The position numbers and the translations under genes were made by a program. The notes under the pieces are model-generated. The model made no database searches, was not told where the DNA came from, and was given only the letters and a program-made list of their open reading frames with translations. A stretch of DNA of 64,000 nt from a virus (taxonomy: Duplodnaviria; Heunggongvirae; Uroviricota; Caudoviricetes), in IMG/VR virus record IMGVR_UViG_3300042887_005798; one strand, given 5' to 3'. Position 1 is the first letter of the stretch; every line of letters starts with the position of its first letter. This document shows, in pieces, positions 1 to 9,673 of this stretch.

Positions 1-1066
1 AAGCAATACCAACAGGGAATCTTGGAATTAAATCATCAGTTCTATCGAAATACTTTACTGTGTACATTCTTCCCACATAATCTGATTTATTATCATAGAT
101 TTCTTTTCTTGATTCCATTGTGGTTTTAGGTGTTACTTTGAAAGTATCATCTGTTAAATCATTCTTGCAGATAACAACAGCATGTCCTTCCATTTTTCCT
201 TCTCCTTCAATGATGTCTACCACAAGAAATTCAGAATCTTGGAAAGTTTTTACTTTGAGCAAATCATTAGAGCGATAACCCCAAAGATACTTACTGTCTT
301 TTTCTCTAAGCATTAGACCTTCATAGCCATTGGCTAAAAACTTGCTTTGATAGTCTGTAATAGCGTTTTTGTCATAACCAATATCATACCCACACACAAT
401 CTGTAAGCTTTGCTTATTACTAATATTAATATCAGCTAGTAATTCTAGTCTTTCCTGAGTGGTGAGGTCTTCATTGCCATTAACAACAGGATAATCATAG
501 ATGTGATACTCTAACTTCAATGAATCAGATTGTGGTTTTTTAACCAATGAAATTAAAGATTGTAAAGACAATCCATGAATGTAGATTTCACCATCAAAGA
601 CATCATCTTTACCAAGTACATCTTTTAATTGCTCGGAAATGTGCTTAACATCGTAAATCTTGCCTTGCCTTGAATACAAGACAACAGAATCTCCTTCCCA
701 TCTGGCAATACATCGTACACCATCTAGCTTAGGCTGGCAAAAATAATGTGAATTATGTTTTTTAGCATCATATTTGCCAGCAAGCATCGGTAACAATAGA
801 GGCATTTGTGCCTCTTCTTTTGTGGCTGAGTATTTCCTCTCTATTTTGAATTTATGCAGAGATTTGGACTCAGCAATAGCTTGCTCAGATGCTGTGGTGA
901 AGTTTTTCTTTCCAATGTTTTTAGGAGTGCATGTTTTTCTGGAGGTTTGTAAAGCTCCATTAACTAAGCCATACTCAGTATAAATAGAATCTCCGTCTGC
1001 CCAAGTGCGCCATTGTCGAAGTTCTCCGTTTTTGCCTTTGTGATAAAGTGTATCAAATGATGTCAT
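1..1066 (-). CDS. ATP-dependent DNA ligase (T7/PBCV-1-like), partial: C-terminal part lies left of the window
   Basis: Manual minus-strand translation from the ATG at 1066: MTSFDTLYHKGKNGELRQW...KLDGVRC (motif I KxDG), EGLMLR (motif IV), LLKVK (motif V). It is absent from the ORF track because it has no stop inside the window. A GAGAGTATAAT element lies 4 nt upstream of the ATG. Confidence 0.75.
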   Translation of the reverse strand, partial: MTSFDTLYHKGKNGELRQWRTWADGDSIYTEYGLVNGALQTSRKTCTPKNIGKKNFTTASEQAIAESKSLHKFKIERKYSATKEEAQMPLLLPMLAGKYDAKKHNSHYFCQPKLDGVRCIARWEGDSVVLYSRQGKIYDVKHISEQLKDVLGKDDVFDGEIYIHGLSLQSLISLVKKPQSDSLKLEYHIYDYPVVNGNEDLTTQERLELLADINISNKQSLQIVCGYDIGYDKNAITDYQSKFLANGYEGLMLREKDSKYLWGYRSNDLLKVKTFQDSEFLVVDIIEGEGKMEGHAVVICKNDLTDDTFKVTPKTTMESRKEIYDNKSDYVGRMYTVKYFDRTDDLIPRFPVGIA

Positions 1067-1387
1067 GCCAATTATACTCTCAGATTGTTAAATCTGGAAA
1101 AAAACCCACCTCCGAAAAGATGGGCGATTTTGTTAGCTGAAGTTTATTTGGCTTCTGCTGATGTTTTGTTATAAAAAAATGAGACAATCTGTAAAGAGCA
1201 GAAAAGGTTTGAGTTGTCAATTTTAAGTTTTATATCAATGAATTTTGACAATGGTTATTTTTCGTGAATTTTGACCACATCTTCTTCTTTTTCAATAAAC
1301 TGTTTTTCAACATACAGTGTTTTTTTTTGCTCACAGAAATAAAATATTTCTGTCAGATTGCCTCTTTGCCCCCAAAGGAGCAAAATG

Positions 1388-1873
1388 TTACAGCTCTAAA
1401 ATTTCATCATCAATAACTACTTTTTTAACTGCATTGAATTCATCCAACTGATCTTGTAATTTTTCAGACTTTTTGATTAAAGTTTTTACAATTAAGTTTT
1501 GTTGAATTACATCAATTTGAACCCTTTTTATATCGTTAGATTGTGGTCTATAATAAGACGATAAATTTTGTGAACAATCTAAGTTTTCGTAAAAAGCAAT
1601 CAATCCTTTAGTCTCAGAAAGCTCAAAAATTAGATCAGCAGAATCCGAATTACTTTTATTGATTTCTGCTTTGACCTTTACAAGAAATGCTGTGAGTTTT
1701 TCCAATTCTTTAATTGAATTATTTACATCAACTTGTAGTTTAATTTCATCAACAGGAATATCTTTGTCAACCAAGTAAGCATTATGTGCAGAAATTTCTT
1801 TTTTGATAGATGTAATTTTACTTGTGATTCGATTTTTTATTTTTAAAGCCTTCGCTAGTGATATTATAGCCAT
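1388..1873 (-). CDS. hypothetical coiled-coil protein (161 aa)
   Basis: ORF track; K/E/I-rich helical composition; CGTATAAAT element 6 nt upstream of the ATG. Confidence 0.4.
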   Translation of the reverse strand: MAIISLAKALKIKNRITSKITSIKKEISAHNAYLVDKDIPVDEIKLQVDVNNSIKELEKLTAFLVKVKAEINKSNSDSADLIFELSETKGLIAFYENLDCSQNLSSYYRPQSNDIKRVQIDVIQQNLIVKTLIKKSEKLQDQLDEFNAVKKVVIDDEILEL

Positions 1874-2101
1874 AATAATTTATACGAGAGTTACTAATCA
1901 ATAGTTTCATAATTTTCAACAGGTTTTTGTAATTAAAAAACCGTATAATTAAATGTAGCTCAAAGTAGTGCTTCAAAAAACACAAAGATTGTGTAATAGG
2001 AGGTAATACACTACATGAAGAAATTTGAAAAAGCGATCATAGATTTTTACACTGAAATGTTCAACACTTTGTTCGGTCATATAAAATTTGAGGAATAACT
2101 T

Positions 2102-2347
2102 ATGAAAATCACTCCTTTAGGTAAATCACAGTTTGAAATTTCTTTTGTTACGAAAATGGCACAAGATTTAATTTCAAAACAAACACAATCTGAATTTGAT
2201 CCGAGTGAATTTTCCAATGTTTTAACAGAGGATAAACCAGTATTGATTTCTAAATTAGGATTGCTGGGTGATTTACCTGAGGGTGTGAGCCCAGAAATGT
2301 ATACTTCATTAAATACAGCAAAAAAATTACAAAAGTTTACAGATTAG
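2102..2347 (+). CDS. hypothetical protein (81 aa)
   Basis: ORF track; GAGG 8 nt upstream of the ATG. Confidence 0.35.
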   Translation: MKITPLGKSQFEISFVTKMAQDLISKQTQSEFDPSEFSNVLTEDKPVLISKLGLLGDLPEGVSPEMYTSLNTAKKLQKFTD

Positions 2348-2356
2348 GAGGCAGGA

Positions 2357-2530
2357 ATGGAAAGCGAAGAACATGATGTTGAGATAAATGCAAAGCAAGT
2401 GGTGGTAAACACAGGCTGGACTACAAAAATGGCTTTCTGGAATACATTCGGCACAATCTTTGGTGCATTTGTTGGCTTAGCTTCGCTTTTACTTTCTCTG
2501 CTCACATTATTTTTAGTGCTTAAAAAATAA
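2357..2530 (+). CDS. small membrane protein (57 aa, C-terminal TM helix)
   Basis: Manual translation MESEEHDVEINAKQVVVNTGWTTKMAFWNTFGTIFGAFVGLASLLLSLLTLFLVLKK; preceded by TTAGGAGGCAGGA; below the 60-aa cut-off of the track. Confidence 0.35.
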   Translation: MESEEHDVEINAKQVVVNTGWTTKMAFWNTFGTIFGAFVGLASLLLSLLTLFLVLKK

Positions 2531-2559
2531 ACACACAATCTGAGTGTTTGCTGTGTGTT

Positions 2560-2590
2560 CTGAGGCGATTAGTTGATTTATTCGCCTCAG
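2560..2590. terminator. perfect 9-bp stem hairpin (ctgaggcga ... tcgcctcag) between convergent genes; candidate bidirectional terminator
   Basis: Inverted repeat read directly; flanked by copies of the AGATTGTGT motif. Confidence 0.4.
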
Positions 2591-2648
2591 AAATTGAGGC
2601 GATAGTGTGTCTTCAGGTTTCAGATTGTGTATCAGATTGTGTTAAAGT

Positions 2649-3056
2649 TTAATTAACATAAAACTCCACATTCTCTATCCCGCCATATTTCTCAAAAAAA
2701 TTATTCGCTTCTTCTAAAAAGAAATCGTAAGAGCTTTTATAATAAACAGTTTTGCAATCCTCAGGGTCTAATGCACCTAATGCCAATTTTACAGATTCAC
2801 TAAAATCTGTAGCAAAAGCCCTAATCTCAAATAAAGAAGGATTTTTCTCTACAATATATTTACAGTAAGAATCAAATATTTGTTGATTCGTCTTATTTGG
2901 TATTTGTACTTTCCAATCATCAGACCAGTACATAATGAAATAAGCATCAGTGCCTGATGGCTGTTGGGGTAAATGCAAAGCATCTACAAATGTTAATTCT
3001 TTGTTAAACTTACTCGTAAAAACTTCCTTATATACACAATTTAAATCCATACTCAT
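2649..3056 (-). CDS. hypothetical protein (135 aa)
   Basis: ORF track. Confidence 0.4.
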   Translation of the reverse strand: MSMDLNCVYKEVFTSKFNKELTFVDALHLPQQPSGTDAYFIMYWSDDWKVQIPNKTNQQIFDSYCKYIVEKNPSLFEIRAFATDFSESVKLALGALDPEDCKTVYYKSSYDFFLEEANNFFEKYGGIENVEFYVN

Positions 3057-3114
3057 TTTTTTTTCTCTTTTTTTAAAATTAAAAACACAATCTCAGTAAG
3101 CGGCAATAAATAAA

Positions 3115-3408
3115 TTATTTAATCCACTCGAAAATTCCCTGTCTTGCCAAAAGTCCTTTTTTGATTGTGTAAGTGTTGTCGCCAATAAAAACACAAACTG
3201 GGACAGACATAATATTTAGTTCTTGAGCAAGCTCAGGGCTATCATCAATATCTACTTTAAAGATTTTGGTTTCCACTTCTGGATGTTCAGATAAAAGAAG
3301 ATCAATTTCTTTGTCTAGAGCTTTACATGGAGAACACCATGAGGCACCGAGTTTAACCACACACTTTTCGCCTGAAGAGACAAGATTTTTAAATTTTTCT
3401 ACATTCAT
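3115..3408 (-). CDS. trxA: thioredoxin
   Basis: WCSPCK active-site motif about 25 aa after an internal Met (MNVEKF...), giving the usual Trx length. GCGTATAAT lies 9 nt upstream of that ATG, so the start is moved from the track start at 3450. Confidence 0.7.
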   Translation of the reverse strand: MNVEKFKNLVSSGEKCVVKLGASWCSPCKALDKEIDLLLSEHPEVETKIFKVDIDDSPELAQELNIMSVPVCVFIGDNTYTIKKGLLARQGIFEWIK

Positions 3409-3418
3409 AACAATATAA

Positions 3419-4024
3419 TTATACGCTAGAAACAAAAGGATTTGTGCCAAATTTTTCGATTAAGTCCTTTTTCAGCTTCAATGTATTTTTTTCTACACGT
3501 TGAGACAAATCATAAGAATTGCTAGTAATGTTTGTAGCCCAAAAATATTCTTGATTAAAAAAATCATCATGATTCATTTCATCCCAGCTAAACTGTGAAT
3601 ACCATTTTATTGTTTCGTCAGCTTTCTTACTGTCTTTGAATTTCTCTTCGAAGCCTTTTTGCAATAATCTGATTCTGTGTGAAGAGTGTATTGCTTCGTC
3701 ACCTAGCCAAATTGGGCGTAACAGGCTTGTCGTGAATGTTGCATATTGCTTGATTTTAGCTGTTGCGTAGTCAGTTTTGAATCCTCTCTTTTCAATTTCA
3801 ATTACATTGTGAATTAAATGTTCTATCAAGGCACCAGGAGTGCTTTGCCAAGCTATCAAAGCAGGGTGTGTCATCCAACCTTTGCGAGGTTTTCCTGTTT
3901 TTGTTGGTATATTGAACATGATGTCTAATAATTGAGTTGATTCTAAGGCTTGTTTTCTAAGCCGCGAGTCATCAAGTGCTTGAACACTTTTTTCAAAATC
4001 CGCATAGGGCATAAATACTTGCAT
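3419..4024 (-). CDS. hypothetical protein (201 aa)
   Basis: ORF track; motif A plus TATAAT immediately upstream. Confidence 0.4.
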   Translation of the reverse strand: MQVFMPYADFEKSVQALDDSRLRKQALESTQLLDIMFNIPTKTGKPRKGWMTHPALIAWQSTPGALIEHLIHNVIEIEKRGFKTDYATAKIKQYATFTTSLLRPIWLGDEAIHSSHRIRLLQKGFEEKFKDSKKADETIKWYSQFSWDEMNHDDFFNQEYFWATNITSNSYDLSQRVEKNTLKLKKDLIEKFGTNPFVSSV

Positions 4025-4060
4025 GATAATTATAACAAGATTATGTTAAACCTGGAAAAT
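4025..4060 (-). promoter_or_regulatory. promoter motif A copy (TTTTCCAGGTTTAACA-N9-TATAAT, 5 nt before the ATG)
   Basis: Gene-sense sequence ttttccaggtttaacataatcttgttataattatcATG. Confidence 0.5.
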
Positions 4061-4943
4061 CTATTCTGTCTTTCATATAAATTGTATGCACGTTTTTATT
4101 AATTCTGCTCGCATAACATGCAAGAATTCTCAAACCTTTATATGCACAGTTTCTAGTGCTGTCATTTCTGATTAAAAAAAAAGGTTTTTGATAGTCTTTT
4201 AGGTCTTTCATATTAAACACAATCTGATCACATCTGATGAACAATATATTTTTTTCTAAAACAAAATCACTCTCTTCGAAATTTTTAATACATATAAAAC
4301 CATTGTTCAAAATATCATCACCAAAAACCACATCTTTTGCTTCATCGTCTGTACACTCTATGGCAATATTAGGAAAAATTTTATACACTCCATTTTCAAA
4401 TTCAAGAGTAACAAGATTATCCATCAACATTTTTTGAACATACAATTTAACCAAAGTTTTTGCATAGGTGTCAGCAGATTCCCAAATTTGAGCATTTTCT
4501 TGTTTTATGGATATTAAATTTACATCCACTTTACCAATAATTTTAACATCAGCTTTGTTTCGTATTTTTGTTTTAGTTTTCGAGACATCTTCATGCTTAG
4601 TATAAGAAATAGTTTTTGTTGCGTTTAAGGCATTAAATACAATAAAATCAATTTTATCGGCATACTTATTAAGCATTTCTACGAAAAACTGTTCGTTTTG
4701 CCTTCCATAAGAATCATCACCTTGTTTATTCATAGGTTTGACAAAAATGGTATACTTATCAACTTTAACTTTACCCACACTACTACTGCTTGTTGGTGTA
4801 GAATCATACACTCCATTGAGATTGTGTGCAATTTTTTGTAATTCACTCACTCGATTTTTGTCATTAACAAGCACATGCATTGTATACTTAGATTTTTGAA
4901 ATACATTATCATATCCCAATTTATGTAATTCTTCTAAGATCAT
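4041..4943 (-). CDS. hypothetical protein (300 aa)
   Basis: ORF track; 4-nt overlap with the infC stop. Confidence 0.4.
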   Translation of the reverse strand: MILEELHKLGYDNVFQKSKYTMHVLVNDKNRVSELQKIAHNLNGVYDSTPTSSSSVGKVKVDKYTIFVKPMNKQGDDSYGRQNEQFFVEMLNKYADKIDFIVFNALNATKTISYTKHEDVSKTKTKIRNKADVKIIGKVDVNLISIKQENAQIWESADTYAKTLVKLYVQKMLMDNLVTLEFENGVYKIFPNIAIECTDDEAKDVVFGDDILNNGFICIKNFEESDFVLEKNILFIRCDQIVFNMKDLKDYQKPFFLIRNDSTRNCAYKGLRILACYASRINKNVHTIYMKDRIDFPGLT

Positions 4944-5452
4944 TTTTTCTTTGGGTTTACAGTTATGGACATGTATTTGCCGTTGAGAATAGGTTTGCCC
5001 TCATAAGAGCAATAATCTTCCAAATTCTTTAGCATAATCTCGATTTTATTCAATCCAAGCTCAGAGTGTTCTAATTCACGATGTTTGAAAACACAAGTGA
5101 TTTTTACTTTATCATTATGCTCCAAAAATTCAATTGCTCTTTTTGTAAAAGTATTGAGATCGTTTTGCTGAATACGTGGGGAAATTTTTATTTCTTTAGT
5201 TTCTTGTTTAGCTTTATGGTTGGCTCGCTCTCTTTTATCTTCTTCATATTTCATGCGACCATAGTCAACGATTTTGCAAACCACTGGAGAAACGTTTGTA
5301 TTTACAGCAAATAAATCCAAACCCTCGTTTTTTGCAATATTCAAGGCTTCTCTAGTATTTATTACACCAAGAGGCTTACCGTCACTACCTATAACCAAAG
5401 CTTCTCTGAACTTGAGAACTTTTTCATTAAGTAAAATGAAAGTTTTTTTCAT
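4940..5452 (-). CDS. infC: translation initiation factor IF-3
   Basis: N-terminal LINE.IRA.EVRLI-like region and full-length similarity to bacterial IF-3 (170 aa); not followed by rpmI/rplT. Confidence 0.8.
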   Translation of the reverse strand: MKKTFILLNEKVLKFREALVIGSDGKPLGVINTREALNIAKNEGLDLFAVNTNVSPVVCKIVDYGRMKYEEDKRERANHKAKQETKEIKISPRIQQNDLNTFTKRAIEFLEHNDKVKITCVFKHRELEHSELGLNKIEIMLKNLEDYCSYEGKPILNGKYMSITVNPKKK

Positions 5453-5598
5453 TGCCCGACATGATCCTCATTCAAAGAATGATTTTTTTCAGTTTCTAAT
5501 TGTGATTTTACCATTTGTGCTTCATCATATCTCTCTAAAGAGATTAATCTTTCGTATTCTTTTTGCAATCTATCTATTTTTTGCAAATTAATATTCAT
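5449..5598 (-). CDS. small ORF (49 aa) translationally coupled to infC (ATGA overlap)
   Basis: Manual translation MNINLQKIDRLQKEYERLISLERYDEAQMVKSQLETEKNHSLNEDHVGQ; CGTATAAAT 5 nt upstream of the ATG. Confidence 0.3.
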   Translation of the reverse strand: MNINLQKIDRLQKEYERLISLERYDEAQMVKSQLETEKNHSLNEDHVGQ

Positions 5599-5810
5599 AG
5601 TTATTTATACGAAAAATATCTAAAAAAATCTTGCTTAATCTTTATCAGAAAAATCACTTAAAAGAAAACCAACTAATGCACCAAGACAGCAATAGAGTCG
5701 AGTTTCTTCATCAAAGATAAATAATAAAATGAAATAAGATACACAACAAATTAGAAATAACCAAGCAATTGCTTGTGAAATAAAATTCAAAATATTTACA
5801 AAAACATCTA

Positions 5811-6032
5811 TCATTTTACAGGGTCAAAGCCTCCTTTAGACATTGGATTGCACCTTAGTATTCTCCAAGCTCCCATGATCCAGCCAATAAAAGCACCATG
5901 TTTTGAAATAGCTTGCTTGGTATACTCCGAACACGATGGGGTATACTTACACATGCAATATTTAGGCTTTCTTGGAGACATTTCTCTTTGATATCTCTCT
6001 ATGAAAGCAACAGATTTTTGTTTGAAGTTCAT
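5811..6032 (-). CDS. yidD: membrane protein insertion efficiency factor YidD
   Basis: YTPSCSEY ... RILRCNPMSKGGFDPV matches the YidD family signature; 73 aa. Confidence 0.75.
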   Translation of the reverse strand: MNFKQKSVAFIERYQREMSPRKPKYCMCKYTPSCSEYTKQAISKHGAFIGWIMGAWRILRCNPMSKGGFDPVK

Positions 6033-6238
6033 TTGTTTGTCTTTTTATCAGATTTGACAAGAATTTTCAACAATATCAAAATGCCAATCATAAGAGTAAA
6101 TGGAACCCACAAAGGTGAAAGAACCCATACCCAATCCCAGGTAATATAGTTTGTCAGCTTCAAGCCAATGAATAGGAGAGTCAACCAGCCAAAAAAGCCC
6201 ATTGACGAGTTTACATTTTTTCGATCATTTTCTTTCAT
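6029..6238 (-). CDS. small membrane protein
   Basis: ORF track frame; start placed at the internal ATG (MKENDRK...) 5 nt downstream of TATAAT and motif A; two predicted TM segments. Confidence 0.4.
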   Translation of the reverse strand: MKENDRKNVNSSMGFFGWLTLLFIGLKLTNYITWDWVWVLSPLWVPFTLMIGILILLKILVKSDKKTNK

Positions 6239-6241
6239 ACA

Positions 6242-6276
6242 TTTATTATACTTTAAAAATGTTAAACCTGGAAAAA
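6242..6276 (-). promoter_or_regulatory. promoter motif A copy
   Basis: Gene-sense sequence tttttccaggtttaacatttttaaagtataataaATG. Confidence 0.5.
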
Positions 6277-6318
6277 CACAATCTGACAGCCACATGTCGG
6301 GGGATACTAGAAGAATAT

Positions 6319-6504
6319 TCAAATGTCACTAAAAATTCTGATTTCAACATAGCTTTCTTTCTCATATCCCCACACAACACCAGCATCGTCTTCTCCTTCA
6401 CACAACGACCAAATGTCCCAGAAGTTGTCACCGTCATTAACTATACATTCTTGGCTTTTGTCTTCAATCACTTGCAGCTTTTCTATTAGTTCTTTTACTG
6501 TCAT
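6319..6504 (-). CDS. hypothetical protein (61 aa)
   Basis: ORF track; GTACATATAAAT just upstream of the ATG. Confidence 0.3.
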   Translation of the reverse strand: MTVKELIEKLQVIEDKSQECIVNDGDNFWDIWSLCEGEDDAGVVWGYEKESYVEIRIFSDI

Positions 6505-6572
6505 ATTTATATGTACGTAAGAATTGTAAGAATTGCAATCTCATTTCTTATTATTTTAAAATTGTAATATTT

Positions 6573-6764
6573 TTAATCACTTTCACATATTCCATTTTGA
6601 TGTTTTTGCTTAGCTTTCTTTAATGCTTTTTTAAAATAAAAATAAGTTCTGATTTCATTAAACAGTAGAGCTAAATATAAAACTGTAATAATAGGCGCAA
6701 CTAAAGCTCCAAGCAGAACTATACCTATTTTATCTAGTAGTTTTTTTGTAAAACTTCTTTTCAT
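6573..6764 (-). CDS. small TM protein (63 aa)
   Basis: ORF track; hydrophobic segment IGIVLLGALVAPIITVLYLALLF. Confidence 0.3.
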   Translation of the reverse strand: MKRSFTKKLLDKIGIVLLGALVAPIITVLYLALLFNEIRTYFYFKKALKKAKQKHQNGICESD

Positions 6765-6788
6765 TATTTTCTCATTAGTATTTGATGT

Positions 6789-7184
6789 CTATTTATTTTT
6801 ACGTTGGAACCAAGCCTTCCACCACTTAGGTTTCGAAACATCGGCTTTGAAGCGTATATAATATCTTGGAGGCAAAGGGGGAGCGGCATAACAATAATTG
6901 CCATCAAAAAATTCAACCCTAAACTCTACATTAAATACACTGTTCAAATGTTCTTCAAGTTTCTTTGGATTTACAAGGCATTTACCAACTTTATACGAAG
7001 GATCATACTCTCCTCCATTCATGTATTCTGAAATTCTCAAAGCCACATCATCAGCAATACGATTGAGTAGTTTTATCTGTTTTTGTTCATAACTTGTGCA
7101 GCTATGTTCTTTGATTTCTTCATAGGTAAGTTGCTTGACTTGTTCGATTATTCTGGATTTTTCCAGTGACTCTTCAGTTTTCAT
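6789..7184 (-). CDS. hypothetical protein (131 aa)
   Basis: ORF track. Confidence 0.4.
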   Translation of the reverse strand: MKTEESLEKSRIIEQVKQLTYEEIKEHSCTSYEQKQIKLLNRIADDVALRISEYMNGGEYDPSYKVGKCLVNPKKLEEHLNSVFNVEFRVEFFDGNYCYAAPPLPPRYYIRFKADVSKPKWWKAWFQRKNK

Positions 7185-7387
7185 TTTATTTCAACACCAT
7201 TGATAGTGTTGAGGTGTTGAAATAAATCAACACTATCAATATCGTTAAGTTGAACGAATTTCCAAACACCATCATTCCAGAGTTCATACTTATTCACTTC
7301 AATTATTGCTTCTTCTTCGGATTCTGCATCCATTTTTAAAAACTGTTCGACCTGAGCCAAGCCAGTTACTTTTACAATGTATTCCAT
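7181..7387 (-). CDS. hypothetical protein (68 aa)
   Basis: ORF track; motif A upstream. Confidence 0.35.
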   Translation of the reverse strand: MEYIVKVTGLAQVEQFLKMDAESEEEAIIEVNKYELWNDGVWKFVQLNDIDSVDLFQHLNTINGVEIK

Positions 7388-7392
7388 TTCAA

Positions 7393-7428
7393 TTCACTAT
7401 ACATCAAAAATGTTAAACCTGGAAAAAA
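7393..7428 (-). promoter_or_regulatory. promoter motif A copy
   Basis: Gene-sense sequence ttttttccaggtttaacatttttgatgtatagtgaattgaaATG. Confidence 0.5.
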
Positions 7429-9211
7429 TGGTTGAAAAGAAATTTTTCTTTTTGGAATTAATTTCAATATTAAATTTTTCTTCAAAAATCTGATTATTCA
7501 ATAAATTTTCTTCATATTTGTTTTCTTCAGTTTTATCTTGCAACGATTTCATAGCAGTGTCTTTGACATTACTAGATTGAGGCGTTTCAGCAATTTGATC
7601 TTGAGAAATCATTAACAAATCTTGTCCATAAATTGCATCATATTCTTTGTAAAAATTTTCCAATTTAAAAATTACACTTTTTTTGGTTTCTTCCCATAAT
7701 TGTTTTGTGATTTGAAGATTTGTATTTTTGAAATGTTTACTAGTAACTATATCTTCAAAATCTTTATCTAATATTTTAGGATAATCTAAAATAAGATAAT
7801 CTTTATTTCCTCTCATTGTACCTCCACCGAGCCAACTTTTTGAATTTGATGAAACAGATTCGGTTATGAAAGAGCCTGTTTTAATCACTTTCAGTATTGT
7901 TTTTAATTCTATTTCTTTGGTGCACCAATATGTTTTACCTTCTGGAATAATACTTTTATATTTTATATTATGAGCACTTTTGATCACATCAATTTTATAT
8001 TTGATAATATTGTTTTTTGAACTTTTTTGATTGTATCTTGATTCAAGAAAATATTTTTCTGGATTTTCAATAAATGCCTGGTATTCTTTCAAAAATTTTG
8101 TATAGCCAAAATATTTACAATCATCCATTTCTTTTTTTCTGCCACAAAGTCTACCCAAAGATTGTATTGTAGTTGAAGCATACTCTGAACTATTATCAAT
8201 CCACATTTTAATATATTTTGAGTTCGTTAAAGTTTTTCCAGCTTTCATTGAACCAGAAATGAAAAAAATAGTTTTATCTGTTCCATTGAAATTACTTAAA
8301 TCTCTGTCTATGTTTTTAATATTTTTTTCAGAACAATTATATGCTTCACATTTGATTTTCAATCTATCAAATTCTTTTCGGAAAGTTTCTTCCAAAAATT
8401 TCATTGCATTGTCCCTCCTTTTATTTTTGTTAGTTATTCTTATTACTGCGTGACCTGGATTCGATTCGACAATATCACAATATTGTTGTATTGTATTTTT
8501 GATAAATTCTGTTAACTGTGTGTTTTTATTTTGTAAAATTTCACTTGTTTCAAAAATTCTACCAGAATCAAACATTTGCTTTATTCCAAAATATGGATTT
8601 TCTAAATCTTTTTCCAAAGATATGAATTCAAAATTTGCATTAGCAGCTTGAGTAAATTGAGTTGCAGAAATTGAAATAATATGAACATTTTTATTTTCCC
8701 ATGTAGATTTTGGTTGACCATAGGTAATACCCAAAGCTTGCGTTAGCTTACTAAATAAAGCGCCAGAATTGTCATCTTTTTCTTTATTCAACGCCTCATG
8801 GCATTCGTCAATAAATAAATAAATAGTAGCATTGGTATCATTTCTAGCTTCTTCAATTTTTTGATACAATTTACTATAGTTTGCTCTGTGTTGAAAATGC
8901 TCTTCTCGTATGAGAGAACGACCAACAAGATTTGCGTCATGAAATCTTTCTAAAGTTTGTTCTAACAAAAGATTATCTGAAATATTGCACAAAACAAAAA
9001 TATATGGTTTTTTATTATTTACTTTGCAATCCTCTAAAGCCCAATTTGCTAGATAGATAGCTACACCAGTTTTACCTTCTTGAGGTTCTGCAATTAAGCA
9101 TGGTGGGTAGTCTGCATTCATTAATGAATGAATAATTTTGTTTGCTGTTTTAATTTGATTTGGATATATTGTTTGGTTACCTATTTTCATAATTCTTAAA
9201 CCTATGTGCAC
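7397..9211 (-). CDS. superfamily-2 DExH-type helicase-like ATPase (604 aa)
   Basis: Walker A AEPQEGKTG, Walker B LFIDECHE (DECH), motif VI-like QSLGRLCGR; no HD nuclease motifs seen. Confidence 0.6.
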   Translation of the reverse strand: MHIGLRIMKIGNQTIYPNQIKTANKIIHSLMNADYPPCLIAEPQEGKTGVAIYLANWALEDCKVNNKKPYIFVLCNISDNLLLEQTLERFHDANLVGRSLIREEHFQHRANYSKLYQKIEEARNDTNATIYLFIDECHEALNKEKDDNSGALFSKLTQALGITYGQPKSTWENKNVHIISISATQFTQAANANFEFISLEKDLENPYFGIKQMFDSGRIFETSEILQNKNTQLTEFIKNTIQQYCDIVESNPGHAVIRITNKNKRRDNAMKFLEETFRKEFDRLKIKCEAYNCSEKNIKNIDRDLSNFNGTDKTIFFISGSMKAGKTLTNSKYIKMWIDNSSEYASTTIQSLGRLCGRKKEMDDCKYFGYTKFLKEYQAFIENPEKYFLESRYNQKSSKNNIIKYKIDVIKSAHNIKYKSIIPEGKTYWCTKEIELKTILKVIKTGSFITESVSSNSKSWLGGGTMRGNKDYLILDYPKILDKDFEDIVTSKHFKNTNLQITKQLWEETKKSVIFKLENFYKEYDAIYGQDLLMISQDQIAETPQSSNVKDTAMKSLQDKTEENKYEENLLNNQIFEEKFNIEINSKKKNFFSTIFSRFNIFDV

Positions 9212-9240
9212 TATACATCAAAAATGTTAAACCTGGAAAA
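9212..9240 (-). promoter_or_regulatory. promoter motif A copy (for the helicase gene)
   Basis: Gene-sense sequence ttttccaggtttaacatttttgatgtatagtgcacatagg...ATG. Confidence 0.5.
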
Positions 9241-9445
9241 TTCCCTCTTTATTTATTATGCCGAGGGAGAGCATTGCCAATGTTCAGGGGCTCCACTCAT
9301 TTAATTATTTTAACACAAAAATGAGATTGTGTGAGGGTGTCAGATTTCTCTGACCGCAGTCCACCAGCAAGATTTGCATCTTACAATATAATATACGATA
9401 TTTTCTAATAATCGTTGTCTATATTTTCATTATATTTTAAAGATG

Positions 9446-9667
9446 TTAAATATGGAAATTTGTGTTTTTAACCCATACAACACAATCTGTATCATCTGAA
9501 GAATCTGTATCATCTGAATATGGATACAAACAATAAGTAACGTAAATAACTTCAAGATAATTGCCTGATCCACTTATTCTTACATGCGACCCAATCTGAG
9601 GTACGATGCTGGTTCTCATTGTGCAGTAAAGAAAATTTGTGTCAACATTTTTTAATTGATATTGCAT
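9446..9667 (-). CDS. small hypothetical protein (73 aa) immediately downstream of the cas12-like gene
   Basis: ORF track; starts 4 nt after the cas12-like stop; AGCGTATAAT 5 nt upstream of its ATG. Confidence 0.3.
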   Translation of the reverse strand: MQYQLKNVDTNFLYCTMRTSIVPQIGSHVRISGSGNYLEVIYVTYCLYPYSDDTDSSDDTDCVVWVKNTNFHI

Positions 9668-9673
9668 GATTCA

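Noticed and set aside
2344-2538. Minus-strand 64-aa ORF
   Set aside because: It overlaps a plus-strand small TM ORF (2357..2530) that has an SD-like GGAGG and sensible TM composition, so I chose the plus-strand gene.
7397-9211. Calling the helicase a Cas3
   Set aside because: No HD nuclease motifs were seen, the gene has its own promoter, and the locus looks like type V rather than type I.
9446-9667. Searching for a secretin C-domain remnant in the small ORF beyond the cas locus
   Set aside because: No convincing secretin C-terminal motifs were found, so the truncation-by-insertion idea remains speculative.
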